64,000 bases of DNA, taken from Obrimoposthia wandeli (lineage: Eukaryota). The position numbers and the translations under genes are program-made. This document shows, piece after piece, positions 50,164 through 60,428 of this stretch. Under the pieces are notes generated by a model. It was given only the letters and a program-made list of their open reading frames with translations. It was not told where the DNA came from and ran no database searches. The stretch covers positions 62,001-126,000 of the forward strand of contig CDROCS010003093.1 of the NCBI GenBank assembly GCA_977020255.1, read 5' to 3'. Numbering within the stretch: the stretch's first letter is position 1; the number at the start of each line of letters is the position of its first letter.

Positions 50164-52311
50164 ATGATTATCGCTAATCAAATTGCCAAAGAACTCCAAA
50201 TAACCAAGCAACAAGTAGCAGCAACTATTACTCTACTAGATCAAGGCGATACCGTCCCTTTTATTGCACGTTATCGTAAAGAGGCGACTGACGCGCTAGA
50301 TGATATCCAGCTGCGAACACTTGCCCAAAGGCTAGATTATTTAAGGCAGCTAGAACTGCGCAAAAAAAGCATCTTATTAAGCATAGACCAGCAAGGCTTG
50401 TTAACGGAGCAATTAAAAGCAGCCGTCATAAATAGCCTAAACAAAATTGAAATAGAAGATTTATACCTACCATTTAAGCCAAAAAGAAATTCAAAAGCGA
50501 GCACTGCTAAAAACGCCGGGCTACAACTGCTCGCCGATCAACTGTTGAGTGAAGAAAGCCTCAATCCGCACTTTATCGCCAAGTCTTTCATCAATCCACA
50601 ACGCGGTATCGATAGCATTGAACAAGCACTCGATGGTGCAGAGCATATCATTTTAGAACACTTAGCTGAAAACGCCTCTTTAGTTGGTCAACTTAGACAG
50701 TGGCTTACGCGCAATGCCATAGTGACAGTGAAAGTAAAAAGAGGGAAACACGATCCACAAAGCAAGTTTCGAGATTACTTTGATTTCAAGCAGGCATTAC
50801 CGCAGATACCTTCTCACCGGTCTCTGGCAATTTTTCGTGGTATCAAAGAAGGCCTTTTAAAGTTAACTATTGATGCGCCAGAACACGCTACATCACAACC
50901 AACAACTATGATTGAGCGCCAACTTATTAACATAGGGCTCAGGCGTACCCAAGACTATTTTCTTAAAGAACTCGCTAAACGAGCTTGGCTTTTAAAGCTG
51001 CAACCTCAGCTCGAAAGTGATTTGAGCAAAGTGTTAAAGGACAATGCCGACCAAGACTCTATTCAAGTATTTGCTACTAATTTAAAAGACTTGTTAATGG
51101 CAGCCCCAGCTGGCGAAAAAGTCACTATGGGCTTAGACCCAGGGTTAAGAAGCGGGGTTAAAGTTGCCGTTGTTAGCTCTACAGGAAGCTTATTAGATCA
51201 AGCGGTTATATATCCTCATGCCCCTCAGAACAAGTGGGATGATGCCTTATCTAAATTAAAATTTTTAGTCGATAAACATCGTATTTCACTGGTGAGTATT
51301 GGTAACGGGACCGCCTCACGAGAAACTGAATTACTGGCAAAAGAGCTGCAAGAAAATTGCCAACAAGCCTTTACATCAGTAGTTACTAGTGAGGCAGGCG
51401 CGTCTGTATACTCCGCCTCTGAGTTAGCAAGTAATGAATTTCCCGATGTTGATGTCAGCATTCGCGGTGCGATTTCAATCGCTAGGCGTTTACAAGACCC
51501 ATTAGCAGAACTCGTAAAAATCGATCCTAAAGCAATTGGTGTTGGCCAGTATCAGCATGATGTTAATCAAAAGGCGCTTAATTTAAAATTATCTGCAGTA
51601 GTTGAAGATTGCGTGAACAGTATCGGGGTTAATCTAAACAGCGCCTCTGTGCCACTACTCACACAAGTTGCAGGCATTAACCAAACTATTGCCGAAAATA
51701 TAGTTAAGACACGAGAAGAAAAAGGTGAATTCAAAAGCCGTAACGAGCTGTTGAAAGTCCCAAGACTCGGCGCTAAATCCTTTCAACAATGTGCAGGATT
51801 TTTACGATTAAGTCACTCTAAACAGCCTTTAGATAACAGTGCGGTGCACCCAGAAAGCTACCCACTTGTTGTTAAAATGGCAGCACAAGCTAATGTTACC
51901 TGTGATCAGTTAATTGGTAATACCTTGCTTTTATCGCAACTAAATACCGAGCTATTGTGCGATGAAAAATTTGGGCGCTACACGGTCAATGACACAATTG
52001 TTGAGCTTGGAAAACCTGGACGAGACCCAAGACCTGAGTTTAAAACGGTAACATTTGATGACACTGTAAATTCAGTGAAAGATTTACAGCCACAGATGAA
52101 ATTAGCAGGGGTTATTACCAATGTTACAAACTTTGGTGCATTTGTCGATATCGGCGTTCACCAAGATGGCTTAGTCCATATATCCCAACTTAGCGATCAC
52201 TTTGTAAAAGATCCACATCAAGTCGTTAAAACAGGGCAAATAGTCAATGTTTCGGTGATGGAAATAGACATTGCACGTCAACGAATTTCGTTAAGTATGA
52301 AGTCACAATAA
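50164..52311 (+). CDS. tex: Tex RNA-binding transcriptional accessory protein
   Basis: TVPFIARYRKE, GLDPGLRSG, IGNGTASRET, SEAGASVYSAS and C-terminal S1 domain. Confidence 0.95.
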   Translation: MIIANQIAKELQITKQQVAATITLLDQGDTVPFIARYRKEATDALDDIQLRTLAQRLDYLRQLELRKKSILLSIDQQGLLTEQLKAAVINSLNKIEIEDLYLPFKPKRNSKASTAKNAGLQLLADQLLSEESLNPHFIAKSFINPQRGIDSIEQALDGAEHIILEHLAENASLVGQLRQWLTRNAIVTVKVKRGKHDPQSKFRDYFDFKQALPQIPSHRSLAIFRGIKEGLLKLTIDAPEHATSQPTTMIERQLINIGLRRTQDYFLKELAKRAWLLKLQPQLESDLSKVLKDNADQDSIQVFATNLKDLLMAAPAGEKVTMGLDPGLRSGVKVAVVSSTGSLLDQAVIYPHAPQNKWDDALSKLKFLVDKHRISLVSIGNGTASRETELLAKELQENCQQAFTSVVTSEAGASVYSASELASNEFPDVDVSIRGAISIARRLQDPLAELVKIDPKAIGVGQYQHDVNQKALNLKLSAVVEDCVNSIGVNLNSASVPLLTQVAGINQTIAENIVKTREEKGEFKSRNELLKVPRLGAKSFQQCAGFLRLSHSKQPLDNSAVHPESYPLVVKMAAQANVTCDQLIGNTLLLSQLNTELLCDEKFGRYTVNDTIVELGKPGRDPRPEFKTVTFDDTVNSVKDLQPQMKLAGVITNVTNFGAFVDIGVHQDGLVHISQLSDHFVKDPHQVVKTGQIVNVSVMEIDIARQRISLSMKSQ

Positions 52312-52318
52312 GACTAAC

Positions 52319-52481
52319 TAGTGCTCATCCAGAAACAGTTGCCTACTGCGGCTGTCCCACTGGATTGATCTGATCGTTACTAGATGTAGTTGTTTGGAAT
52401 AACCAAACGCCCACATCTAGTAACACCCATCTCGACCCATTGGATCAGCCTCGCAACGGCCCCGTTTCTGGATGGGCACTA
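52319..52481. mobile_element. MITE family B, full 163-bp form
   Basis: TA-GTGCTCATCCAGAAAC ... GTTTCTGGATGGGCAC-TA terminal IRs, with a central hairpin GTTACTAGATGT/ACATCTAGTAAC (52376-52424). Confidence 0.85.
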
Positions 52482-52559
52482 ACTAATGACTTAGCTAATC
52501 TCATTATTGAAATGTTGCGCCTAGCAGACGTTTAACGTTTAACGTACGCGGTTAAATCA

Positions 52560-53669
52560 TTAATCTTGTAATGAGAATTGATAATCGCTCAGTGCACCGT
52601 TCACTTGAGACTCACTGCTTAGTTTTATCATCAAGCGTAAATCGTTTGCGGAATCAGCGTGAGATAGCGCAGAGTCATAACTAATTTCGCCTTGTAAATA
52701 CAATTGATACAATGATTGATCGAACGTTTGCATCCCTAGGTTGTTAGATTTTTTCATCACATCTTTAATTTCACTAAAGCGCCCTTTACTGATCAGCTCC
52801 CCGACTAACGGGGTATTGGTCAGTATTTCGGTTGCAACTCTGCGCCCATCGCCATTTTTGGCAGGTATTAACTGTTGCGCCACTATCGCTTTTAAATTAA
52901 CCGATAGTTCTAAGCGTAACTTCTCGTGGTACTCTGCTGGGAACATATTAATGATACGGTTTAACGCTTGATCTGCATTGTTTGCATGTAGCGTAGCAAG
53001 ACACAGTTGTCCCGTTTCGGCGAAGGTTAAACCAAAGCGCATGACTTCTAGGTTTCTAATCTCACCCATCAGAATCACATCGGGGGATTGTCTTAAACTA
53101 TTATGCAGAGCGTTCTCGAATGACTCAGTGTCTATGTTAACTTCACGTTGAGTAATAATACTTCTCTTATGCTCGTGAATGTACTCAATAGGGTCTTCAA
53201 TGGTAATGATATGACCTGCACTGTTTGCGTTTCGATGATCGATGAGCGATGCAAGCGATGTCGTTTTACCTGTTCCTGTCGCACCGACAAACAAAATAAG
53301 CCCGCGCTTAGATAATGCTAAATCTTTTAGTACATGCGGCAATTGTAATTCTTGCATACTAGGTATTTCGGTGTGAATACGCCGAACTACCATAGCAGGA
53401 GTTCCTCTTTGATAGTAAGCGCTCACTCTGTATCTGCCAGTTTCAGTTCCAATTGCGAAGTTACACTCTTGTGTTTCCACATACTCGGCCTTTTGCCGTG
53501 CATTCATAGAGCTAAATACCAACGCGCTTATTTCATCTATGCTTAAGATATCATCTGTCAGCGGAATTAACTGCCCACTCACTCTAATACTCGCTTTAGC
53601 ACCCACCACTAAAAACAAGTCTGATGCTTTTCTACGTATAATTTCTTCTAATAACTGAGAGAGATCCAC
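52560..53669 (-). CDS. pilU: Type IV pilus retraction ATPase PilU
   Basis: GATGTGKT, TIEDPIE, LRQSPDVILMGE and ATLHANNA motifs; GTG start. Confidence 0.93.
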   Translation of the reverse strand: MDLSQLLEEIIRRKASDLFLVVGAKASIRVSGQLIPLTDDILSIDEISALVFSSMNARQKAEYVETQECNFAIGTETGRYRVSAYYQRGTPAMVVRRIHTEIPSMQELQLPHVLKDLALSKRGLILFVGATGTGKTTSLASLIDHRNANSAGHIITIEDPIEYIHEHKRSIITQREVNIDTESFENALHNSLRQSPDVILMGEIRNLEVMRFGLTFAETGQLCLATLHANNADQALNRIINMFPAEYHEKLRLELSVNLKAIVAQQLIPAKNGDGRRVATEILTNTPLVGELISKGRFSEIKDVMKKSNNLGMQTFDQSLYQLYLQGEISYDSALSHADSANDLRLMIKLSSESQVNGALSDYQFSLQD

Positions 53670-53903
53670 AAACTACCCTTAATTTAATGAAACAACCTTA
53701 ATTTATCATTTTATGAATTAAGGTTTTATTAAATGTATCCTACAGCACCTTTTCATAAGTAATCCAATAGAATCGGACTAATTATGAAAGGGTACGTATA
53801 AATCGAATAGTATTGCAGACGATAAAGAAGCTTTGATACAGCTATTATTACACCTGTATCAAAGATTTTTTGTATAACTTAAAGCTCTAAGGGGGTGGCT
53901 CTT

Positions 53904-54365
53904 GGATGATTTAGGCTACGCCTAATTCATCCTTAATGGGCACGAAATTCTACAGGGATTCTTTTGGATGATTTAGGCTGCGCCTAATTCATCCTTAATG
54001 GGCACGAAATTCTACAGGGATTCTTTTGGATGATTTAGGCTACGCCTATTTCATCCTTAATGGGCTCGAAATTCTGCAGGGATTCTTTTGGATGATTTAG
54101 GCTACGACTAATTCATCCTTAATGGGCTCGAAATTCTGCAGGGATTCTTTTGGATGATTTAGGCTACGCCTATTTCATCCTTAATGGGCTCGATATTCTG
54201 CAGGGATTCTTTTGGATGATTTAGGCTACGACTAATTCATCCCTATGGGCTCAAAATTCTGCTGGGATTCTTTTGGATGATTTAGGCTGCGCCTAATTCA
54301 TCCTTAATGGGCTCGAAATTCTGCAGGGATTCTTTTGGATGATTTAGGCTGCGCCTAATTCATCC
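53904..54365. repeat. Tandem array B: 8 copies of the same hairpin as array A, 62-bp period
   Basis: GGATGATTTAGGCTRCGCCTAATTCATCC at 53904, 53966, 54028, 54090, 54152, 54214, 54275 and 54337. The linker ttaatgggctcgaaattctgcagggattcttt is unrelated to the array A linker. Confidence 0.97.
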
Positions 54366-54372
54366 CTATTAA

Positions 54373-55407
54373 TCAAAACGCGGTAGGAACTTTTGCCTTT
54401 TCTCGCGCAGTTTCACGCGTAATAGAACCTTCTCGCACCAATTTTGATAAAGATTGGTCCATGGTTGTCATCCCCACAGAAGATCCAGTTTGTATCGCAG
54501 AAAATATTTGTGCCACTTTGGCTTCACGAATTAAGTTACGAATTGCAGGTGTTCCCACTAATATTTCATGTACAGCGACACGACCACCGCCTACCTTTTT
54601 AAGTAGGTTTTGAGAAATAATACCTTCCAGTGATTCTGATAACATAGCGCGTACCATATCTTTTTCACCTCCTGGGAACACATCGATGATTCTATCCATT
54701 GTTTTAGAGGCGGAGGTTGTATGTAGCGTACCAAAGACCAAATGACCGGTTTCGGCAGCTGATATTGCTAAGCGTATGGTCTCTAAATCACGCATTTCAC
54801 CTACTAATATAACATCGGGATCTTCACGTAAAGCTGAGCGTAGTGCTGCACTGAAGCTTCTAGAGTCTCGTGATATTTCGCGCTGATTGATTAGGCTTTT
54901 TTTACTTTCATGTACAAATTCTATTGGATCTTCTAAAGTTAAAATATGATCGGCACGCGTTTCATTTATATAATTAACCATTGCAGCTAAGGTTGTACTT
55001 TTACCCGAACCTGTAGGCCCCGTAACGAGCACCAACCCGCGAGGTTTATTGGCCAAACTTTCAAAGATGGCTCCCATCCCCAAATCTGCCATGCTCAATA
55101 TTTCGCTCGGTATTGTACGAAATACTGCAGCTGCGCCACGGTTTTGGTTAAATGCGTTAACACGAAATCGAGCTAAGTTAGGTACTTCAAATGAGAAATC
55201 GGCTTCCCAATTGTCCTCATAATCCTTTCGTACTCTATCGCTCATTATATCGTAGATAAGTGTTTGCACATCTTTATCTTCTAATGGGTCCATTTTAATT
55301 CGGCGAATTTCACCATCCACTCGAATCATTGGCGGAAGGCCAGCAGTTATATGTAGATCTGAGGCTTTCTGCTGAACCGAAAAGGAAAGTAGCTCTGTAA
55401 TATCCAT
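54373..55407 (-). CDS. pilT: Type IV pilus retraction ATPase PilT
   Basis: GPTGSGKS, ALREDPD, GTLHT and AIRNLIRE motifs. Confidence 0.96.
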   Translation of the reverse strand: MDITELLSFSVQQKASDLHITAGLPPMIRVDGEIRRIKMDPLEDKDVQTLIYDIMSDRVRKDYEDNWEADFSFEVPNLARFRVNAFNQNRGAAAVFRTIPSEILSMADLGMGAIFESLANKPRGLVLVTGPTGSGKSTTLAAMVNYINETRADHILTLEDPIEFVHESKKSLINQREISRDSRSFSAALRSALREDPDVILVGEMRDLETIRLAISAAETGHLVFGTLHTTSASKTMDRIIDVFPGGEKDMVRAMLSESLEGIISQNLLKKVGGGRVAVHEILVGTPAIRNLIREAKVAQIFSAIQTGSSVGMTTMDQSLSKLVREGSITRETAREKAKVPTAF

Positions 55408-55653
55408 ATTTAAATTCTCGTGTATGGCCCTAAAACAGTCTGTAATGTTTAGGGTGATATTTGTTAATATTAATAATCATCTAGTTACAATGATAAGTCA
55501 AAGTTCTTTTCACTGTAACCCAGTGCTTTTTCGTAGTAAAATTGTACCTCTTATCTCACTGATGTACTGTATAAAAACTGGTGAGAATGATGCTCGCTAA
55601 CTGCTTGTCAGCTGCTTGGCCTTTAATAATTAAGTGTAGACTTTTAATTCGAT

Positions 55654-56346
55654 ATGAAAATAATAGCAAACAATTACAAAAAGGTAAGTGATGAAATAAC
55701 GCAGTATTGCATCAAAGCAAATCGTGAGGCGCAATCTGTCCAATTACTTGCTGTGAGCAAAACTCGCCCCGCCTCTCAACTTGAAACACTTTACCAAGCT
55801 GGGCAAATCCATTTCGGTGAGAACTATTTACAAGAAGCGTTGGACAAACAGCAACTTCTAAAAGAACTGCCACTTATTTGGCACTTCATTGGGCCTATTC
55901 AATCAAACAAAACCCGTGCTATTAGTGAAAATTTCAGCTGGGTACACAGCGTTGATCGTTTAAAAATAGCCAAACGACTCGCTGAACAACGCCCAAGTAA
56001 TTTACCTGCTCTTAATATTTGCATTCAAGTAAACATTTCAAATGAACAGAATAAAGCAGGCTGTTTAGCAAGCGAGACACTCAACCTTATTCAACAGGTT
56101 TCACTATTGCCACAATTAAAAGTGCGTGGCCTAATGGCCATCCCTAAAGCAACGACTAACATTGAAGAACAGCAACAAGCTTTTAAAAACCTTGCTGGAT
56201 TACTTGGTGAATGCAAAGTGCAATTTCCTGAATTAGACACGCTCTCTATGGGTATGTCAGCAGATATTGGGCCTGCTATTTATCAAGGGGCCACCATTGT
56301 GAGGGTAGGCACCGCTCTGTTTGGTCCGCGCGATTACACAAAGTAG
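55654..56346 (+). CDS. yggS: PLP homeostasis protein YggS
   Basis: LLAVSK, FGENYLQE, WHFIGPIQSNK, SMGMS and RVGTALFG motifs. Confidence 0.95.
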   Translation: MKIIANNYKKVSDEITQYCIKANREAQSVQLLAVSKTRPASQLETLYQAGQIHFGENYLQEALDKQQLLKELPLIWHFIGPIQSNKTRAISENFSWVHSVDRLKIAKRLAEQRPSNLPALNICIQVNISNEQNKAGCLASETLNLIQQVSLLPQLKVRGLMAIPKATTNIEEQQQAFKNLAGLLGECKVQFPELDTLSMGMSADIGPAIYQGATIVRVGTALFGPRDYTK

Positions 56347-56406
56347 CGGCCTTGCAACCCTCTATCTTTAGAACGAAAATATCACCCATACCAATTACTG
56401 GAGTAA

Positions 56407-57246
56407 ATGATGCCGACCAGCATTGAACAGCAATACCCAACAATCGCTTTCATTGGTGCAGGCAATATGTCACGCGCCATTTTCACTGGTATGATTAATA
56501 ATGGCTATCCGGCTAATAAAATTTTCGCAACAGGACGTGATAAAAACAAATTAATGGATTTAAAAGCGCTAGGGGTTAATATCGGTACTGATAACGCTCA
56601 AGCAGTGATTGAATCTTGTGTTGTAGTCCTTGGTGTAAAACCTCAGCTCATGCAAGGTGTAACAACAGCTCTTGCTAGTACCGTTCAACAACACAATCCC
56701 TTAATCATTTCTGTCGCAGCGGGTATTACCACTCAAAGTTTGAACAACTGGTTAGGTAGCAAGCTTGCAATTGTACGCTGCATGCCTAACACGCCAGCTT
56801 TAGTGCAACTGGGGGCCAGTGGTTTATATGCTAATGAGTTTGTGAGTACAGAGCAAAAAGATATTGCACAACACGTTATGGCCAATACAGGTTTAGCTGT
56901 TTGGGTTGAAACACAAGCTCAGCTTGATATAGTCACGGCACTATCAGGCTCCGGCCCTGCTTACTTTTTTATGTTAATGGAATCTATGATAGATGCTGCG
57001 GTCTCACAAGGACTTCCACTAGAAATAGCCCAACAACTAGCACTGCAAACGGCTTCTGGGGCAGCTGCTATTGCCCAACAAAGTGACACGACTCCTGCTC
57101 ACCTTAGAAAACAAGTAACATCACCTAAGGGCACAACTGAGCAAGCAATACTAAGTTTTGAAAAAGCAGGATTTTCGCAGATAATTAAAGAAGGTATGCA
57201 AGCGAATATTGATCGCTCTAAACAACTGGCAAAAGAGTTGGCATAA
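56407..57246 (+). CDS. proC: Pyrroline-5-carboxylate reductase
   Basis: FIGAGNM, RCMPNTP, SGSGPAY and VTSPKGTT motifs. Confidence 0.95.
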   Translation: MMPTSIEQQYPTIAFIGAGNMSRAIFTGMINNGYPANKIFATGRDKNKLMDLKALGVNIGTDNAQAVIESCVVVLGVKPQLMQGVTTALASTVQQHNPLIISVAAGITTQSLNNWLGSKLAIVRCMPNTPALVQLGASGLYANEFVSTEQKDIAQHVMANTGLAVWVETQAQLDIVTALSGSGPAYFFMLMESMIDAAVSQGLPLEIAQQLALQTASGAAAIAQQSDTTPAHLRKQVTSPKGTTEQAILSFEKAGFSQIIKEGMQANIDRSKQLAKELA

Positions 57247-57379
57247 AAAACTTTATATATAGAGGGCAACAAAAACTAAACCGGACAGCAATGATGCGAA
57301 ATGATAAAATTCAACTTTTGAGTATATTCAAAATCTATACTTAAAAAATTATAGCTAACAACTTATTGGACAATAACTT

Positions 57380-57922
57380 ATGGATTCAAATCCTCTTATT
57401 TTGATTTTACGTACCTTAGGTGAACTCTATATTTTCATCTTACTATTACGGGTCATTTTACAAATAACCAAAGCTGATTATTACAACCCTATTTCACAAG
57501 GTGTAGTTAAAATCACCCAGCCTGTAGTTAGCCCTGTACAAAAAGTAATACCTAAGTTATTAGGTATTGATTTATCACCTATTGCTTTTAGCATTATCTT
57601 AAAGTCGATTGTTTTATATGCTATTTATGCATTAAGCAGCCAGCTTATCCCGCTACTTTCTCTCGGCATCTATGCTTTAGTAGGGGTACTTAATACCTTT
57701 TTGGATATTATTTTTTATGCTGTTATGGGCTCTGTTATCTTAAGCTGGATTGCTCCAGACAGCCCGCATCCAGCGCCGCAATTAATCATGCAAGTGACGC
57801 AACCTATTTATCGTTTTATAGGCAAAGCAATTCCTCCAATGGGAGGTTTTGACTTATCCCCTATTGTCATTTTTATTGCGATTCAGCTGATTCAATCTCA
57901 GTTACGTCCTTTTCTAATTTAA
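57380..57922 (+). CDS. yggT: YggT family membrane protein
   Basis: Duplicated YGGT repeats (YYNPISQ, GIDLSP, PPMGGFDLSP); conserved operon context. Confidence 0.9.
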   Translation: MDSNPLILILRTLGELYIFILLLRVILQITKADYYNPISQGVVKITQPVVSPVQKVIPKLLGIDLSPIAFSIILKSIVLYAIYALSSQLIPLLSLGIYALVGVLNTFLDIIFYAVMGSVILSWIAPDSPHPAPQLIMQVTQPIYRFIGKAIPPMGGFDLSPIVIFIAIQLIQSQLRPFLI

Positions 57923-57938
57923 AGGTATAGGTTTTTCC

Positions 57939-58409
57939 ATGCGTAATTATTTAACACAACACGCTTTTGCAAACCTAAAGTGGGTGGCATTTACTCTGCT
58001 AATGTCACTGTTTAGTGTGGTTGCAAGTGCCGATCAAAAAATAGAAACAGGCGAATTTATTGTTCATTATAATGCTTTTAACAGCACTGTAATTGATAGT
58101 GATGCCGCTAAAAAAAACCAGCTGATACGCAGCAAATATACAGCGATGCTCAATATTGCGGTTTTAAAAAAAGAGAGTGACGGCTCTACCCGCGCTGTAA
58201 AAAGCTTTAATGCCGGTAGTGTTGAAAACTTGGTCGGACAGCAACAACCATTGGTTTTTACAACGATTGATGAAGGCAAGGCAATATACTATATCGCAAG
58301 TTTTCGGTTTGCTGACCAAGAGCTAATGAATTTTGACATTAGCGTACAACCCAATCCTAATAAAGATCCTATCAAAATCAAACTGTCGCAAAAATTTTAT
58401 GTTGAATAG
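57939..58409 (+). CDS. DUF4426 periplasmic protein
   Basis: Signal peptide, VHYNAFNST, LNIAV and EGKAIYYIA motifs; conserved position before rdgB. Confidence 0.85.
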   Translation: MRNYLTQHAFANLKWVAFTLLMSLFSVVASADQKIETGEFIVHYNAFNSTVIDSDAAKKNQLIRSKYTAMLNIAVLKKESDGSTRAVKSFNAGSVENLVGQQQPLVFTTIDEGKAIYYIASFRFADQELMNFDISVQPNPNKDPIKIKLSQKFYVE

Positions 58410-58431
58410 CATCTAAAATCGAGTCAAACAC

Positions 58432-59043
58432 ATGATAGATAAAATTGTCCTAGCCAGCTCGAACCAAGGTAAGTTAAAAGAATTCGGTGAAATATTTGCT
58501 CCGATGAACATTGAACTTATCAGCCAACAAACCTTGAATGTCAGTGATGCTGACGAAACTGGCCTAACATTTGTTGAAAATGCTATTTTGAAAGCCCGCC
58601 ACGCTTGCCAATCAACAGGTTTACCTGCTTTAGCCGATGATTCTGGCCTCGAAGTTGATGCATTACTGGGCGCTCCAGGTATATATTCATCTCGTTATTC
58701 AGGACACGGAGATAGCGCTAATAACGCAAAACTACTCAGCGAGCTAAACGGTGTTCCCGCAAACGAGCGCTCTGCAAGATTCCGCTGTGCTTTGGTATTC
58801 ATGCGACACGCAACAGATCCGACACCATTAATTTGCCAAGGCGCTCTAGAGGGTAGTATTTTAGATGCACCACTCGGGGATTTTGGTTTTGGTTACGACC
58901 CTTTGTTCTTAGTTGAGCCTAGATTATTGAATAACCAAAAGATGTCAGCAGCTCAATTAGCCCCTGCAATAAAACACAGTATTAGCCATCGAGGTTTAGC
59001 GGTTAAAGATTTCATGACTAAAATTCAAGATTACTTACGCTAA
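58432..59043 (+). CDS. rdgB: dITP/XTP pyrophosphatase
   Basis: ASSNQGKLKE, ENAILKA, ADDSGL, GFGYDP and SHRG motifs. Confidence 0.95.
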   Translation: MIDKIVLASSNQGKLKEFGEIFAPMNIELISQQTLNVSDADETGLTFVENAILKARHACQSTGLPALADDSGLEVDALLGAPGIYSSRYSGHGDSANNAKLLSELNGVPANERSARFRCALVFMRHATDPTPLICQGALEGSILDAPLGDFGFGYDPLFLVEPRLLNNQKMSAAQLAPAIKHSISHRGLAVKDFMTKIQDYLR

Positions 59044-59191
59044 TATTAAGCACACTTCTTTACAGGATTAATTATCAAAACATACTCACTGACTATGCTT
59101 GCTTTAATTAGGCTAGTATTTTCAATTAGATAAGCAACCCTAACTAATTTACATTCATCGTCTATCCCACATCAATTCATAGGTTACTATA

Positions 59192-60355
59192 ATGAACAGT
59201 TTAAAACCTGTGATAACACTCCCCCCTCTAGCGCTTTATATACACATCCCATGGTGTGTACGTAAGTGCCCCTATTGCGACTTTAATTCACACGCTGTAC
59301 GAGGAGAAATTCCTGAAGAGGCTTATGTAAATTCCTTATTAGCTGATTTAAATTTAGAAAAAATAGCAGTGCAAGGCAGAGAAATAAGTAGTGTGTTTAT
59401 TGGTGGTGGTACCCCTAGCTTGTTTAGCGCCAATGCGATTGAAAAGCTACTTTTAGGTGTTCAAAAGATAACGCCTTTTGCAAAATCTGTAGAAATAACT
59501 ATGGAGGCAAACCCTGGTACTTTCGAGCGTGAAAAATTTGCAGGGTTTAAAGCTGCCGGAGTGAGCCGACTGTCAATTGGAGTGCAGAGTTTCAACGATA
59601 ATCACTTAGCTCAACTTGGCAGAATACACTCAGCTAAAGAGGCGTTTAAAGCAATAGAAGCTGCCACAAGTATTGGCTTTGAGCATATTAATATAGATTT
59701 AATGCACGGCTTGGAAAAACAACAACCGGTACAAGCTTTTCACGATTTGCAGACAGCTATTTCGCTAGGCACCGATCACTTATCCTGGTACCAACTCACA
59801 ATTGAGCCTAACACTGAGTTTCACGCTCGCCCTCCTGTGCTTCCCGATATAGAAATACTGTGGGATATACAGCAAGAGGGGCAAGAGATGATTAAGGCAG
59901 CAGGCTTTAATCAATATGAAATATCTGCGTATGCAAAACCTAATTGCAAAGCACAACATAATATCAATTATTGGCAATTTGGTGATTACATCGGTATAGG
60001 TGCAGGAGCTCACGGTAAGTTAAGTTTCTTGGACAAATCAACCGGCACTTTAGAGATAATGCGCCGCTGGAAACATCGCTCACCTAAAGCTTATCTAAAT
60101 AACATAGACCCTGTCGGTGGAACTCACATTGTTACTAGTGACGAACTGCCCTTTGAGTTCATGATGAATGCTTTAAGACTAACAGAGGGTGCTCCCAAGG
60201 CTTATTATACCCAACGCACTGGTTTATCATTAGATAGCATCAGTGACGAATTAATCGCAGCTCAAGAAAAAGGCCTACTTAAGCGAGGAGATTTTTTAGC
60301 ACCCACAGAAAAAGGCTCCCTCTTCCTAAATGACTTACTAGAGTATTTTATCTAA
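59192..60355 (+). CDS. hemW: Radical SAM heme chaperone
   Basis: LYIHIPWCVRKCPYCDFNS, GGGTPS and HNINYWQFGDYIGIGAGAHG motifs. Confidence 0.95.
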   Translation: MNSLKPVITLPPLALYIHIPWCVRKCPYCDFNSHAVRGEIPEEAYVNSLLADLNLEKIAVQGREISSVFIGGGTPSLFSANAIEKLLLGVQKITPFAKSVEITMEANPGTFEREKFAGFKAAGVSRLSIGVQSFNDNHLAQLGRIHSAKEAFKAIEAATSIGFEHINIDLMHGLEKQQPVQAFHDLQTAISLGTDHLSWYQLTIEPNTEFHARPPVLPDIEILWDIQQEGQEMIKAAGFNQYEISAYAKPNCKAQHNINYWQFGDYIGIGAGAHGKLSFLDKSTGTLEIMRRWKHRSPKAYLNNIDPVGGTHIVTSDELPFEFMMNALRLTEGAPKAYYTQRTGLSLDSISDELIAAQEKGLLKRGDFLAPTEKGSLFLNDLLEYFI

Positions 60356-60428
60356 GAGCTTGTCAAACTGGTCGCTAACCCCCTAGCGACAACCAGCCCT
60401 CTTGCACGATATGATAGTATATTGGCTT

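Noticed and set aside
53904-54365. CRISPR or guide-RNA (TIGR-like) array
   Set aside because: Linkers differ only by point changes, so there is no guide diversity, and no effector gene is adjacent.
57922-57939. Absence of yggU (DUF167) between yggT and DUF4426
   Set aside because: This gene is variably present in the operon across gammaproteobacteria, so its absence is not remarkable.
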